From: Mobula hypostoma
Taxonomy: Eukaryota
Direction: 5' to 3'
DNA: 64,000 nucleotides
NCBI RefSeq assembly: GCF_963921235.1
Contig: NC_086104.1
Span: 4,030,001 to 4,094,000, forward strand
Shown: positions 13,101 to 27,100 of the stretch, piece by piece
Layout: each line of letters begins with the position of its first letter
Numbering within the stretch: position 1 is the first letter of the stretch
Program-made: the position numbers and the translations under genes
The notes under the pieces: model-generated
What the model was told of the DNA's origin: nothing
Seen by the model: only the letters and a program-made list of their open reading frames with translations
Databases searched by the model: none

Positions 13101-16100
13101 GTACAAGGCCTTGGTGAGACCACACCTGGAGTATTGCATCTCCCCCTCCCCCTCCAGCTTTCAAATCCCTTACTCACTCTTCCTTCAGTTAGTCCTGACG
13201 AAGGGTCTCGGCCTGAAACGTCCACTGCGCCTCTTCCTATAGATGCTGCTTGGCCTGCTGCGTTCACCAGCAACTTTGATGTATGTTGCTTGAATTTCCA
13301 GCATCTGCAGAATTCCTGTTGTCTGGAGTATTGTGTGCAGTTTTGGTCCCCTAATCTGAGGAAAGACATCCTTGTCATAGAGGGAGTACAAAGAAGGTTC
13401 ACCAGATTGATTCCTGGGATGGCAGGACTTTCATATGAAGAAAAACCGGATGAACTGGGCTTGTACTCGTTGGAATTTAGAAGATTGAGGGGGGATCTGA
13501 TTGAAACGTATAAAATCCTAAAGGGATTAGACAGGCTAGATGCAGGAAGATTGTTCCCGATGTTGGGGAAGTCCAGAACAAGGGGTCACAGTTTGAGGAT
13601 AGAGGGGAAGCCTTTTAGGACCGAGATTAGGAAAAACTTCTTCACACAGAGAGTGGTGAATCTGTGGAATTCTCTGCCACAGGAAACAGTTGAGGCCAGT
13701 TCATTGGCTATATTTAAGAGGGAGTTAGATATGGCCCTTGTGGCTATGGGGATCAGGGGATATGGAGGGAAGGCTGGGGCGGGGTTCTGAGTTGGATGAT
13801 CAGCCATGATCATAATAAATGGCGGTGCAGGCTCGAAGGGCCGAATGGCCTACTCCTGCACCTATTTTCTATGTTTCTATGTTTCTAAATGTTCTGTAAG
13901 GCTGTTACAGACGTACGTACTGTCAGAGTGTATGACTGACCCTGGCGGAAAATGTTCTGTGTGGCTAACCACATATGCTACACTGCTGATTCTGTTGCAT
14001 GTGCAATCATAGAAGAAGAAGAAGAAAGCCCTTAACTCCGAGTGGAGTCATCAGGATGCCGTCATGATGGCGTTTTTTTTTTAGCAGGCTTTCTTATTTT
14101 TACGAAGCCGAGTTGCTAGCTCTTGTTTCATTACGTGTGCCTTTTTAAGGTTTACGTTTAGTCCCAATGCAAATAATAATTGCAACAGTTCTGTCAATAG
14201 CTGATAATGTTCCTGCTTGGTTTCAGACGCAGGAGTAGATCTACATATTGTACCAGGCACTCGGGTTTTGAAAACCATTTTAACCCTTCAAATAAGCGTT
14301 GGTGAAATATAGATGGGGAATTATAGAACCCCTGTGGTAGGACAGTCCATGTATACTGTTGTTCCCAAAAGGTTAATGCAAACTTGTATTGACACTTTCT
14401 TTCTAGTGGGATTGACCAAAGTCCATTATTCATGTCACAAACTGTGATTCATAGAAACATAGAAAATAGGTGCAGGAGTAGGCCATTCAGCCCTTTCAGC
14501 CTGCACCGCCATTCAGTATGATCATGGCTGATCATCCAACTCAGAACCCTGTACCAGCCTTCCCTCCATAACCCCTGATCCCTTTTAGCCACAAGGGCCA
14601 TATCTAACTCCCTCTTAAATATAGCCAATGAACTGGCCTCAACTGTTTCCTGTAGCAGAGAATTCCACAGATTCACCACTCTCTGTGTGAAGAAGTTTTT
14701 CCTAATCTCGGTCCTAAAAGGCTTCCCCTTTATCCTCAAACTGTGACCCATTGTGATTCATTGTGCTCTTTCATTCTGTTTGACCGCTGTTCCCGGCAAG
14801 TTGCTACAGGTGGGGCTGTTAACGAAGTTACTTCATTCAGCTCTCGATAGTCTATTGTCAGTCTCCAACTACCATCTGGTTTCCTCAATGGCCATATGGG
14901 TGAGTTATTAGTGGAGGCAACTGGCCTCAGTACCCCTTGTTGTACTAAATTCTGTTTTATTGTGCAGATGGTCGCACTATATCCCGTTGGTAGTGTGTCG
15001 GTGGGAGTTCCTCGGGAAATGGTGCTTTGTAATTATTGTAACCGTATCTAGTAGCTTCATCTGCTAAATCATTCCAATCAGTGTCTCCATATTCACCTTC
15101 CTCTCCTTTATCAGATCCAAAAGCACATATTATTCCTCACTGTGCAGCAAGTTGGTCCTGCAGCTATTGAATGTGCTTTAAACACTTTGCATGATCACCA
15201 CTGTTACTCTTCCTTTCCTGTGCTGATTTCTGAATCACATTCAAAGCCGTCTTTAAATCACTGCACTGTTTCCTTAATCCTTCCACTTCATCCTTCACTT
15301 GTTCAGCTGCTTCCTCTAGTTTACTTTTGTCTGTAAGTAATTTCTCACACTTCAACTGAAATGGTTCATGTGCATCAAGCCCACACCTCTCTGACCCTGT
15401 AAATCAGTAACTCTTTCTCAATAGGTTTCTACCTCCTTTTGGAGCCTTTTGCAGACATCCCACCCTGCAAAAACTCATTTCAGGGAGGTAGCATCATCAA
15501 TTTGCGAGAGACTCCCGGAAGTTCTGGGAGAGGTGGGATGTGTGCATTAGAGTAGCTCCTTAGCAGCTAGCCAGCTAGTTTAAATAACGTTAGCTATGTT
15601 AATGAATGAATGACACCTGTTAAACTCACCTCAACATGTCTTTTACATTTTAACCCACCATGGGCAAAGAAAAGTCACTGTTGCAAACAGTGCAGCGAGC
15701 AACACTGTCATGATTTTTGACCCCTATTAGGCAGGGGTACACTTTAGGGTAGTCTGGGGTGACGTACGTTTTATATTTTCTTTTTTTGGAACACTCCGCC
15801 ACTCTGACTTTTTTTGGAACTCTCTCGCTTGTGGTCTTGCTCTCGCTCGCTCTCTTTTGCGCTCGCTCTCTCTCGCTCGTGGCCACTCTCACCCGCGCTC
15901 GCTCTCGGGCTTGTTTTCTCACTTTTGCTCTCTCACTCGTGCTTGCTTTCTCGCTCTTACTCTCGTTCGCTGTCTCTCGAGCACTCTCTCTCAGAAAAAT
16001 TGATTTCCGTGATATTGTATATAATTTGTGGGCATCAGGGAGCCACTATTAATATGCGGGAGACTCCCGGAACTTCCGGGAGAGGTGGGATGTCTGCTTT

Positions 16101-19100
16101 TCTGTTCTCCGTTTAACCTCTCTCGTTCGGCTTCAGCTTTTTGCCAACATTCATTTTCCAAGTCTAATCTGTGCTGTTCCGCTTTAACATTTTGTTGTAA
16201 TTCTATCAAATCCTCAATTAAACACCCAACTGCTACTGTTTTTTTGTAATTGTTTAAACTTCCTGCTCGACAGCTTCCCTTGGGCAATTCTCCACAGAGC
16301 ATCACCAGCAGTTTCCCCTTCACAGCCAGGGTAACCCACAAACTCCTCGTACTGTGGCCACTTCCCCAACACGTATTTCTGGAGGTGTCCCCTCCAATCA
16401 AAACAATCCAAGTCCCTTGGACTTGCAGAATTTCCTGAATTCATCATCCTGGGTTAGTAACCACTAAATACCCAGCCCCAGATCACTGTAACTCACCCAC
16501 GAGATCCGACTCAAATCTCCCTCTGAACAAAAAGATTTATCCTCGAACCCACCCAGGGATGCCAATTCTGTTACAGAAATCACTCCTTGTAAAAATGATC
16601 AGTGAGGCACAGGGAATCTGTAGTTACTGACAAGTAACTTTTATTATTTCAACTACAAAGCACATGGGTTCACACTTTTATCTACCCGTGCTCCCTACTA
16701 GTACCCCTGACACTCCATGAACAGTCAATAAAGAGGAAAGGTATTACCCGGGAAAGGAGTCTCCGCTGACCAGGCGTTCCTCATGGTCCCGATCTCCACT
16801 TGTCCGTGGCGTCCTCCTTATCCGAGATGGTTGGTCTCTGGCTCCTCGAGAGTTATCGCCCCTGAGTCTTATACTGTTCCTCATCAATTGAACCATTGGA
16901 TCTCCATCCCATTGGCTCAAGGTCACATAACCTACCTGGGTCACTTTCTTACCGGTCATTGTACAGGGCTACAACCAACGTCGTTTCATGGTTCTGCCCA
17001 TCCCAGCCTGTGTATTTGAGCCTTTACACTCTGGCTGGTCCAAACCAGTTAAATGAGGCAACCCAGGCAGAGCCTAACGAGATTACAGATTGCTTCTTTG
17101 GTAGGTCTGGCATTTTACATAACAAGTAGCTACTCCTCTGAGAACGTTCTCAGGTTTATTGCTCTGATTAGATTGTCCAGAATCAAGAATCGGTTCAGAG
17201 CCTTTACAGAACAAATGGCTATTTGTTTGAGAATAGTCTCAGGTTCAAAAGATCATTACCTGAAACTTCCCATGTCCACATTCAGTTGTTCTGATTAGAT
17301 TATCCAAGAGCAAGGATCAGTTCAGAGTCCATAAAAATGGGGGAAACAAAGACAACCGGTTTGTCTGCTTCCCCTGTCCTTGACCAGTCAGTAGTTTCTT
17401 CCTTCAATTAGTCCTGATGAAGGGTCTTGGCCTGAAGCATCGACTGTACCACTTCCCAGAGATACTGCCTGGCCTGCTGCGTTCACAGCAACTTTGATGT
17501 GTGTTACTGTAACAACCTTATGTTTCTTGCAACAGTGCAATCCCGAGGACGCTTCAGTTCATGTGCAGTATCCAACTATCGTTGAGCCAATTCTGAATCC
17601 ACTTCACTTTGCATCAGTCTTCACTGTGAAAGACACTAGCAGTGTGCCAGGTGCTGAAGGGTGTGAGAGAAGAGAAGTCAGTGTAGTTACTATAAGAGGG
17701 GAGAAGACGCTCAAAAAGATGAAAGTCATAAGTCATCTGAACCAGATGAACCAGGGTTCTGAACCTGGGCCAGGGTACTGAAAGCGGTAGCATTGGAGAT
17801 TATGGAGGCATTAATAATGATCTTTCAAAAATCATTGAACTCTGGCATGGTTTCAGAGGACTGGAAAATTGCAAATCTCACTCCAGTCATTCAGAAAGGA
17901 GGAAAGCAGCAGAAACGAAATTATAGACCAGTTAGCCTGACCTCAGTGGTTGGGAAGATATTGGAATCAATTCTTAAGGATGAGCTTATGGACTACTTGG
18001 TGACACAGGACAAGATAGGACTCAGTCAGCATGGTTTCTTTCAGGGAAAATTTTGCCCAACAAGCCTGTTGGAATTCTTGAAGGAGATTACAAGTAGGAT
18101 AGATAAAGGGGATACAGTGGCTGTTGTATATTTGGTCTGTCAGAAGGCCTTTGACAAGGTGCCATACATGAGGCTGCTTACCAAGTTAAGAGCCCATTGT
18201 ATTACAGGAAAGTTACTAACATAGTTAGAGAATTGACTGATTGGTAGGAGACAGCGAGTGGGAATAAAAGGGTCCTTTCCTGGTTGGCTGCCAGTAACTA
18301 GTAGTGTTCTGCAGGGGTTGGTGATGGGACTGCTACTTTTTATACTGTATATCAATGACTTAGATGATGGAATAAATGGTTTTGTTGTCATGTTTACAGA
18401 TGATGCGAAGATTGGTGGAAGGGCAGGTAGTGCTGAGGAAAGAGGTAGACTGCAGGAGGACTTAGACAGATTAGGAGAATGGACAAGAAAGTAGGAGGTT
18501 AAATACAATGTTGGAAATATATGGTCATGCACTTCGATAGTAGAAATATATATGCAGACCATTTTCTAAATGGGGAGAAAATCCAAAAATCTGAACGGCA
18601 AAGGGACTTAGGAGTCCTTGTGCAGAACACCCTAAAAGTCAGTGGTGAGGAAGGCAAATGCAGTGTTAGCATTCATTTCAAGAGGTTGAGAATACAAGAG
18701 CAAGGATGTGATGCTGAGGCATTATAAGGCAATGGTGAGACCTCACCTTGAGTATTGTTAACAGTTTTGGGTTCCTTGTCTATGAAAAGATGTGCTGGTA
18801 TTGGAGACAGTTCAGAGGAGGTTCATAAGGATGATTCCAGAAATAGTAGTCATAGTCATAGTCATAGTCATAGTCATACTTTATTGATCCCGGGGGAAAC
18901 TGGTTTTCATTATAGTTGCACCATAAATAATAAATAGTAATAGAACCATAAATAGTTAAATATTAATGTGTAAATTATGCCAGTACATTATGAAATAAGT
19001 CCAGGACCAGCCTATCAGCTCAGGGTGTCTGACCCTCCAAGGGAAGAGTTGTAAAGTTTGATGGCCACAGGCAGGAATGACTTCCTATGACGCTCTGTGC

Positions 19101-22100
19101 TGCATCTTGGAGGAATGAGTCTCTGGCTGAATGTACTCCTGTGCCCAACCAGTACATTATGTAGTGGATGGGAGACATTGACCAAGATGGCATGCAACTT
19201 AGACAGCATCCTCTTTTCAGACACCACCGTGAAAGAGTCCAGTTCCATCCCTACAACATCACTAGCCTTACGAATGAGTTTGTTGATTCTGTTGGTGTCT
19301 GCTACCCTCAGCCTGCTGCCCCAGCACACAACAACAAACATGATAGCACTGGCCATCACAGACTCGTAGAACATCCTCAGCATCATCCGGCAGATGTTAA
19401 AGGACTTCAGTCTCCTCAGGAAATAGAGATGGCTCTGACCCTTCTTGAGAACAGCCTCAGTGTGCTTAGACCAGTCCAGTTTACTGTCAATTCGTATCCC
19501 CAGGTATTTGTAATCCTCCACCATGTCCATACTGACCCCCTGGATGGAAACAGGGGTCACCGGTACCTTAGCTCTCCTCAGGTCTACCACCAGCTCCTTA
19601 GTCTTTTTCACATTAAGATGCAGATAATTCTGCTCACACCATGTGACAAAGTTTCCTACCGTAGCCCTGTACTCAGCCTCATCTCCCTTGCTGATGCATC
19701 CAACTATGGCAGAGTCATCAGAAAACTTCTGAAGATGACAGGACTCTGTGCGGTAGTTGAAGTCCGAGGTGTAAATGGTGAAGAGAAAGGGAGACAAGAC
19801 AGTCCCCTGTGGAGCACCAGTGCTGCTGGTCACTCTGTCAGACACACAGTGCTGCAAGCACACGTACTGTGGTCTGCCAGTCAGGTAATCAAGAATCCAT
19901 GATACCAGGGAAGCATCCACCTGCATCACCTGCAATGAAAGGGTTATCATATGAGGAACGTTTGATAGCTCTAGGTCTGTAGTCACTTGAATTTAGAAAG
20001 ATAAAGGGGCAGCTCACTGAGACATTTTGAATGTTGCAAGGCCTAGACATGGTAAATTTGGATAAGATATTTCCCATGGTTGGAGATTTTAGGACAAGAG
20101 GGCACAAACTCAGGATTGAAGAGCATCCATTTAAAGCAGAGATGCGGAGAAATTTCTTTAACCAGAAGGTGGAATACTTGTCGAATTCATTACCACAAGC
20201 AGCTGTGAATGCCAGGTCGTTGGGTGTATTTAGGGCAGAGCTTGATAAGTTCTTGATTGGACACGGCATCAAAGGTTATGAGGAGAAGGTAGAGAATGGG
20301 GCTGAGGAGGGGAAAAAGTATCAACCATGATTAGATGGTGGAACAGACTCGATGGACCAAATGGCTTAATTCTGCTCCCATGTCTTATGGTCTTATGGAA
20401 TTGGCTCCATAGCTGTCAGTTAGCAGTGAATTCCACAGTGTTATCACTCCCTTGATAAAGAAGTTCCTATTCATCTCTGTTCTAAAGGAACATCCTTCTT
20501 TTCTGAGGCTGTGCACCCTGGTCCTTGACTCCCCGATTATAGAAAACATTATTGCAACGTCCACCATACCTAGGCCTTTTAGTATCCGTAGTTTACAATG
20601 AGATTCCCCTTCATTCTTCTATAATACTGTGAATTCAGGCCCAGAACCATCAAATGCTCCACATACGTTAATCTTTTCTCCTGGGATTATTCTCTTGAAC
20701 CACCTCTCCAATTCCAACACATCCTTTCAAAGATGAGGGTTGAAAACTGCTCACCATATCCCAAGAGCAGTTTGATCCATGTCCGGTACAGCCTCAGCAT
20801 TGCACCTCTTCACCAAGTAAGGTGTGCAGTTCTAATCACCGATCAAAAGTTTGAAACAGTGCTGAGAAAACTTACATAGTTCATGCCAGGACTTCAGGAC
20901 CTGAGTTATCGGGAAACGTTGAATAGGCTAGGAGCATAGAAGATTGAGGGGAGATTTGATAGAGGTACACAAAATTATGAGGAGCATCGATAGGGTAAGT
21001 GTAAGCAGGTGTTTTTCCACTGAGGTTAGGTGAGACGAGAACTTGAGGTCATGGTCAAGGTGAAAGGTGAAGTATTTAAAGGGAAACTGAAAAGAAACTT
21101 CTTCTCTCGGAGGATGCTGTGAGTGTGGAATGAGCTGCCCATGAACTGGTGGATATGGGTTCAATTGCAACATTTAGAGAAGTTTGGATAGGTACATCAA
21201 CATGACAGGTGTGGAGGGCTGTGGTCTGGGTGCAGATAGATGGGACTTGGCAGAAAAACAGGTTGGCACAAAGTAGAGGGGCTGAAGGGCCAGTCATGTT
21301 ACAGATATTTAAAATTTTAGCTAGATCATATGATGTAGTTCATAGAGTTCCTGTTGTAGTAAGGATGTGGAGACTGTGGAAAGACTGCAGACGAGGTTCA
21401 CTGGGATGCTGCTTGGATTAGAGGGAATGAAATTCAAGAAATTCAATGAAATTGAAGGAAAGCGTGGGCAATCTCGGGTTGTTCTCCGTTGTAGCAGAAA
21501 TGTCAAACAGCAGACATGGTTTTAAGGTTTGAGCAGGGCGATGTTTAAAGGCGATGTGAGTTTACTGCTTGTTTCTCACCAACTATCAGCGACAAAATCA
21601 CTCCCTTTCGAACACAAGCAGATGCCACTGAGGCTATTTAAAATCTATTCGCTCGAAGCATGGTGTTGTCTGCAACGGCCTTGCAAAGATACATGACCAA
21701 CGTTATTTACAAACTGTTCAGCAACAACATCCTGTCCCAATTAAGTGAGATAGTGTCTCAAATAAACAAAGTGAATTCTGGCTATATTCTCAATTAGTTT
21801 TTGTTATTTGAGAGATGTCCCAAATAAGCGGCTCCCAACAGCCCAATGAACCGGAATCTGCTGTATCTGCCTGGAACAGGTTACTGGGGTAGTAGTGAAG
21901 CAGGAAGTGTGTTTGACTTTAAGAGGATTTTAGATAGACACGTGAATACAAAGGGAATGGAGGGATATGAATGATGCATAGGAGGAGGATATTTAACATA
22001 AATGACCATCAAGGTTGGCACAATATCAAGGCCAGATGTCCTGTCCAGTTCTGTACTGTTCCACGTTCAATTCGAAGTGGGTGATGATTACTTGAAGCAC

Positions 22101-24111
22101 ATATTTATCACCCATCATTGGTCTCGCCTGAACTCTGTAAACTCAGGAACAGCTGCAACATAATATTAATATCAGAAGCAATAAAGTGTTTGTACTTTCA
22201 CTAGAGGTCATGTAACAAAAGATGTCTGCTTCAAGCTGGGGTTGAAGTGACGATATTCTCCCTTACAGGTGCAGACGTTCCTGTCCTTATCCAGTCCCCG
22301 AGCATACAGCGTGTCACTGAGGGTCACACGGCGTGGTTATGGTGTACCATGAGAAACGCCAGGCTGGAAGACACCGACGTCCACTGGTATCGGAAACTAC
22401 CTGGGCAGGACATGGAGTGGGTTTTAACACACAGGGCAGGAGGCAGATCAGAGAGGGGACAGGGTTTCACTGAGAGGTTCCAGTCCTACAGAGACACGTC
22501 GAACAGCAGCTTCACCCTGACAGTCACAGACGTGGTGCACAGTGATTCTGCCGTCTATTACTGCAGAGTGTGGGGAGACATCAACGGGAACGGCACCCAG
22601 CTCATCGTAACCAGTGAGTACAAGTTCTATTTATTCAGCAGTGTGTTCCTGCATTGGGAGTTATTCCACCACCACTCACTTTCCGTGGCTGGGCACATTG
22701 TACTGAAGAACACACAGTGTAATACTGGAGCCCCGTCACTGGGACACGTTCCAGAGCACTGTGGCTCCTAACTCATGGGTGGGGAGCACCAACATGGTGA
22801 CTGACCGTCTGCTCTGTGTGTCCAGTTGGATATTTGAAAATAAATTTCAATGTGGAGTGTGTTATCACAGGAGAGAAAAGGAGAAGCTGTTCAGTGTTCA
22901 GAGTCATAGATCAGGCTCTCTTAAATCTAAACCATCTCTTCCAAATGTTCTGAAACTGTGGAGATGCAGCATCAGTTAACACTTTTGAATGCCAGCTCAA
23001 AAAATTATTTAGTTAACAATGAACATCTTTTCAAAGTTCAAAGGAAATTTATTGTCAAAGTCCATTTTTGTCACCATATTCAACCCTGCGATCCATTTTC
23101 TTGTGGGCATACTCCATAAATCCACAACAGAATAATCACCATTGTGGAATCAATGAAAGACTACACTAACTTGGTCTTGGATGCAAGATGGTGTCGGCGA
23201 ATCACCGTGACATTTTCTGGGCTACGTGCATCTTGTTGCCTTTAACTTTCATGGTTAGTTTTATTTTTTCATTTTATTTTCATGTTTGCCCTTTCACTCT
23301 TTTTAAAGTTTCTTTGAAATACACTATCTGTATGAAGAGTGCTCAATGAATAAGTTATTCTTATTATTATTACAGCTCAGCACTGTACAAAGGTGCCTGA
23401 CTAAAAGCCTTGGCTGGTGATAGATTTAGATGAACCAACTCAATTTAAGAGAAGGTTGAATAGATTTTTGCATAGTAAGGCAATTAAGGGTTATGGGGAA
23501 AAGGCAGGTAGGTGTGTCAGGTATACGCAACCTTGTAAAGGTATCAGCAGCAATAGAACACACCTGGAATCTGGTTTTGTTGTTAACAAAACACTATTTT
23601 ATTAGTTACTACGTCATTTAGTAACTTAAACCAGATAAATCAAGAGTTAACGGGGTTATGCATATATAATTGTAAACATATACATCCCCAAACTTCTTCA
23701 GAGTAAGGGTGGTAAGTGATATAGCCTTATGATGGTGTGGTAAGGAAATTCAGTTCAGTCCAAGGGTTTGAAGACAGAGAGAGAGAGAGAGTTTTGTAAT
23801 CCCGATAAACAGGTGTCATGATCTTCCTTGATGTCCTCCTAAACTTCCAAGTTAGCCAAACTTGACCAACTTAAATGCGCCGTCTTCAAGTGATAATCTA
23901 CCAACCCAGGCAAGGGTTAGACACACCAGTAGATTCCACAGGGTCTCCCTTACATGCACTGATAGTCACAGATCGATTCCACTTAATTGATCCTCAGCCC
24001 CACCCTTGTGGGCACTTAAAAGTTCAGTGGCGTCTGTGTGTCCTGCAAAAGAGACAGCCATGCTTGTTAAAATACCGGTGTGCTGAACACCAGCTGTCCA
24101 TCATGTAGCTC

Positions 24112-24171
<60 letters not shown>

Positions 24172-27100
24172 TCTCTCTCTCTGCAGCAAACTGCTTGCAC
24201 TGTACGTCTCTCTCTCTCTCTTACTGGCATGATTCCTAAAGGCACAGTCCATAATGAATAAAATTTAAAATTACGTCACACCTCCCTCCTTTCGAGAAAA
24301 AAATTTGATCAAAAAGCAAAGTTTTTTCCATCTATAGATTACAAAGCATAAAGCAATACATATGTAATTACCAGGTAACACGTTACAGAAGTGAACACAG
24401 ACCTTATCTTAACACCTGGACAAACAATCTGCTATAATGTTGTCAGTACCTTTAACATGTTTTATTTCCATGTCATATTCCTGCAAGATCAGACTCCAGT
24501 TCAATAACCTTCTATTCTTATCCTTCATCTTACTCAGAAATACTAATAGATTATGATCAGTGTAAATCACAAGTAGTTTCTGCACAGGACTAATGCAGAC
24601 ATCAAAATTTTGTAAGGCCAAAATAAGTGATAACAACTCTTTTTCAATAGTGGAATAATTCTTCTCATACTCATTAAATTTCTTTGAATAGTAAGCTGCA
24701 GGATGTTCAATATCATTGTCACCCTTTTGTAACAATACTGCCCCAGCAGCTTCATCGCTGGCATCTACAGCTATAGAAAATGGTTTTGAAAAATCAGGTG
24801 CTTTGAGCACAGGTTGATAACATAGAATAGTTTTTAGTTATTCAAATGCCTCTTGACAGGACTCATTCCAAACAAACCTTTCACCTTTTTTTAGTAGTGT
24901 CATTAGGGGGAGAGTGATATCAGCAAAGATTTTACAAAACTTACAGTAATACCCAACCACACCTAAAAACCTTCTTATAGCTTTCTTGCTCGTCAGAACA
25001 GGAGCCTGAACCTTGGCTTGAACAGGAGCCAATTGGCCTTGGCCTACTATGTAGCCAAGATAATTTTCAGTGGCATGGCCAAAGTCACTTTTAGCGAGGT
25101 TAACAGTATGGTTGGACTTGGAAAGCCTGTCAAACAGCTGCTCTACTGCCGAGATATGCTCTTCCCACGTGTCACTCCGTACAACCAAATCATCAATATA
25201 AGCCTCTGTATTTTCTAATTCTCCAATCACAGAACTAATTATTCTTTGGAATGTCCCTGGAGCATTTTTCATTCCAAAGGGTAAAACATTGTACTCATAC
25301 AATCCAGAGGGTGTTATAAACGCAGAAATTTAACCATATAACCATATAGAAACATAGAAACATAGAAAATAGGTGCAGGAGTAGGCCATTCGGCCCTTCG
25401 AGCCTGCACCGCCATTTATTATGATCATGGCTGATCATCCAACTCAGAACCCAGCCTTCCCTCCATACCCCCTGACCCCTGTAGCCAATTACATCACGGA
25501 AACAGGCCATCTTGGCCCATCTAGTCCGTGCCGAACTCTTACTCTCACCTAGTCCCACCGACCTGCACTCGGCCCATAACCTTCCATTCCTTTCCTGTCC
25601 ATATATCTATCCAATTTAACATTAAATGACAACATCGAACCTGCCTCAACCATTTCTGCTGGAAGCTCGTTCCACACAGCTACCACTCTCTGAGTAAAGA
25701 AGATCCCCCTCATGTTACCCCTACAACTTGGCAACTGTGATAGGTCCTGCAAAAAGTCACAACATCTTTCCTTAAATTAGGCCAGTAAAATTCCCTCATA
25801 TTCCTTTTCATGGTCTTATTCACCCCAAAATATCCACCTAAAGGCATATCATGAGCCATGTTTAAAATTTCAGTCCTGTAAACTTTTGGGGCCACAACTT
25901 GGTGCACAATGGCCCAATCCTCACTTACAGGCACAGTAGGTGGTCTCCACTTTCATTAACACCCCGTCCTTTAGGAAATAGCCGACTGACTCCCTCTGAA
26001 CTTCATCATCGGAGAAAACTGTTTCTTTTAAAGCCACAATCTAGGGATCTTGGTTTTGTTCCACCATAAATTCTTTCCTGGATAAAGATAAACCTTTCTC
26101 ATCAGCCTGGCTACTCAAATCCTGCTGAAACATGGTCAGCAGAAAAGTTTCTGACAAATCATCCTGATCTGAACCCCTATTTTGGCTATTATGAGCACCA
26201 AAATCCCCTTGCCCAGAACTACCTGCGTCAGCAGACCTTTTAGTCTTGCTGTGGTCTACTGCGCATCCAGGGTAAATATCCGTATCTATGTGTGGATTGT
26301 CTCTGTAGCAGGCTTGCTTGTTAGCTGTACTGCTGGATAAACATCACCACGTGCAAAGTCATTACCCAACAGCACATCCACATTCTTCATCGGTAAATTC
26401 AGATTATACCCCTATCTTAACAGGTCCTGATAACAATCTACAATTCAAAAACACCTTATTCAAAGGCACGGGCACAGTCCCCTTTCCAATTCCTTTAACA
26501 ATATTTACTTTGTCAGTTTTTGTCTTATCACCAAATTTCAAATCACTGTCCAATATCAGCCCCAATATCTCGCCAGATCCTGACTGGGACCGGGGTTGAC
26601 CCCTCCTTTATGGACACAAACCCATCTGAGACAAACTGATCGACTCCCTCCTGAGCTCAGTCAGGCCTTCCCTTCCCTGGCAGTGTCGCAACTATCTGAA
26701 CACAAGCATTTGTGGTTGCCTCCTTTCTTTAGATGCCACATGACCGGGCTTCTTAGAAAAGTAACAAGTAATACTGGAAAATTTTCCCTTCGACTGCTTC
26801 CCTTCATCCCTACTTTTGTCACTAGTCCCCGGCTTACTTTCTGATTTAGCCTGCGGGTTATCCTTGCTACTCCTTTGGTCGCCCTTATTTGGGAAAAACT
26901 TAACCTTATGACTTAAGGCAAACTCACCTGCTAACTCATCTGACAGGGTCGCAGCCTCTTTTTCATCTAGATACGTCCTTACTTCAACAGAGACGTGGTT
27001 TTTAAATTCTTCAGTCAAAACCAACTCTCTCAAGTTGTCAATATCCTCATTCGCCCCTTTTGAGGTACACCAATTTCTCATAGGCAAACTCCACATATGT

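Larger units (their letters stand above)
10986..13890 (+). mobile_element. CR1 LINE ORF2 (APE endonuclease + RT), young subfamily, nested in the ERV RNase H
   Basis: ORF 11009-12601 has YRPPNS, GDFN and SDH motifs; frameshifted RT; (TTTCTATG)n tail. Confidence 0.92.
5961..17372 (-). mobile_element. Degenerate foamy/lokiretrovirus-like endogenous LTR retroelement (gag-pol-env-like) with nested LINEs and a MITE
   Basis: LTRs 5961-6704 and 16569-~17372; PPT 6705-6717; PBS 16547-16564. RT NGLWSIPL...QYTWTVLPQGFYNSPSIFH...QYVD (14194-14433). Retroviral-type RNase H IHSDSTYV (~13890-14010) and AHS...GNRKAD (10763-10954). Integrase QIDYVGPLP...VIDTFTK (10040-10750), with its C-terminus at 7830-8130. 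Env-like region about 6860-7830. Confidence 0.8.

Noticed and set aside
13934-14012. MTDPGGKCSVWLTTYATLLILLHVQS as a signal peptide
   Set aside because: It is the antisense of the ERV RNase H (VIHSDSTYV), and there is no donor site.
15650-16116. Low-complexity ORFs on both strands
   Set aside because: They arise from the CT-rich core of the MITE.
21500-21565. ATG...GTGAGT as the missing leader exon for V1b
   Set aside because: The sequence is a CR1 3' remnant (GHxFKV...FKGDV), not hydrophobic, and in the wrong phase.
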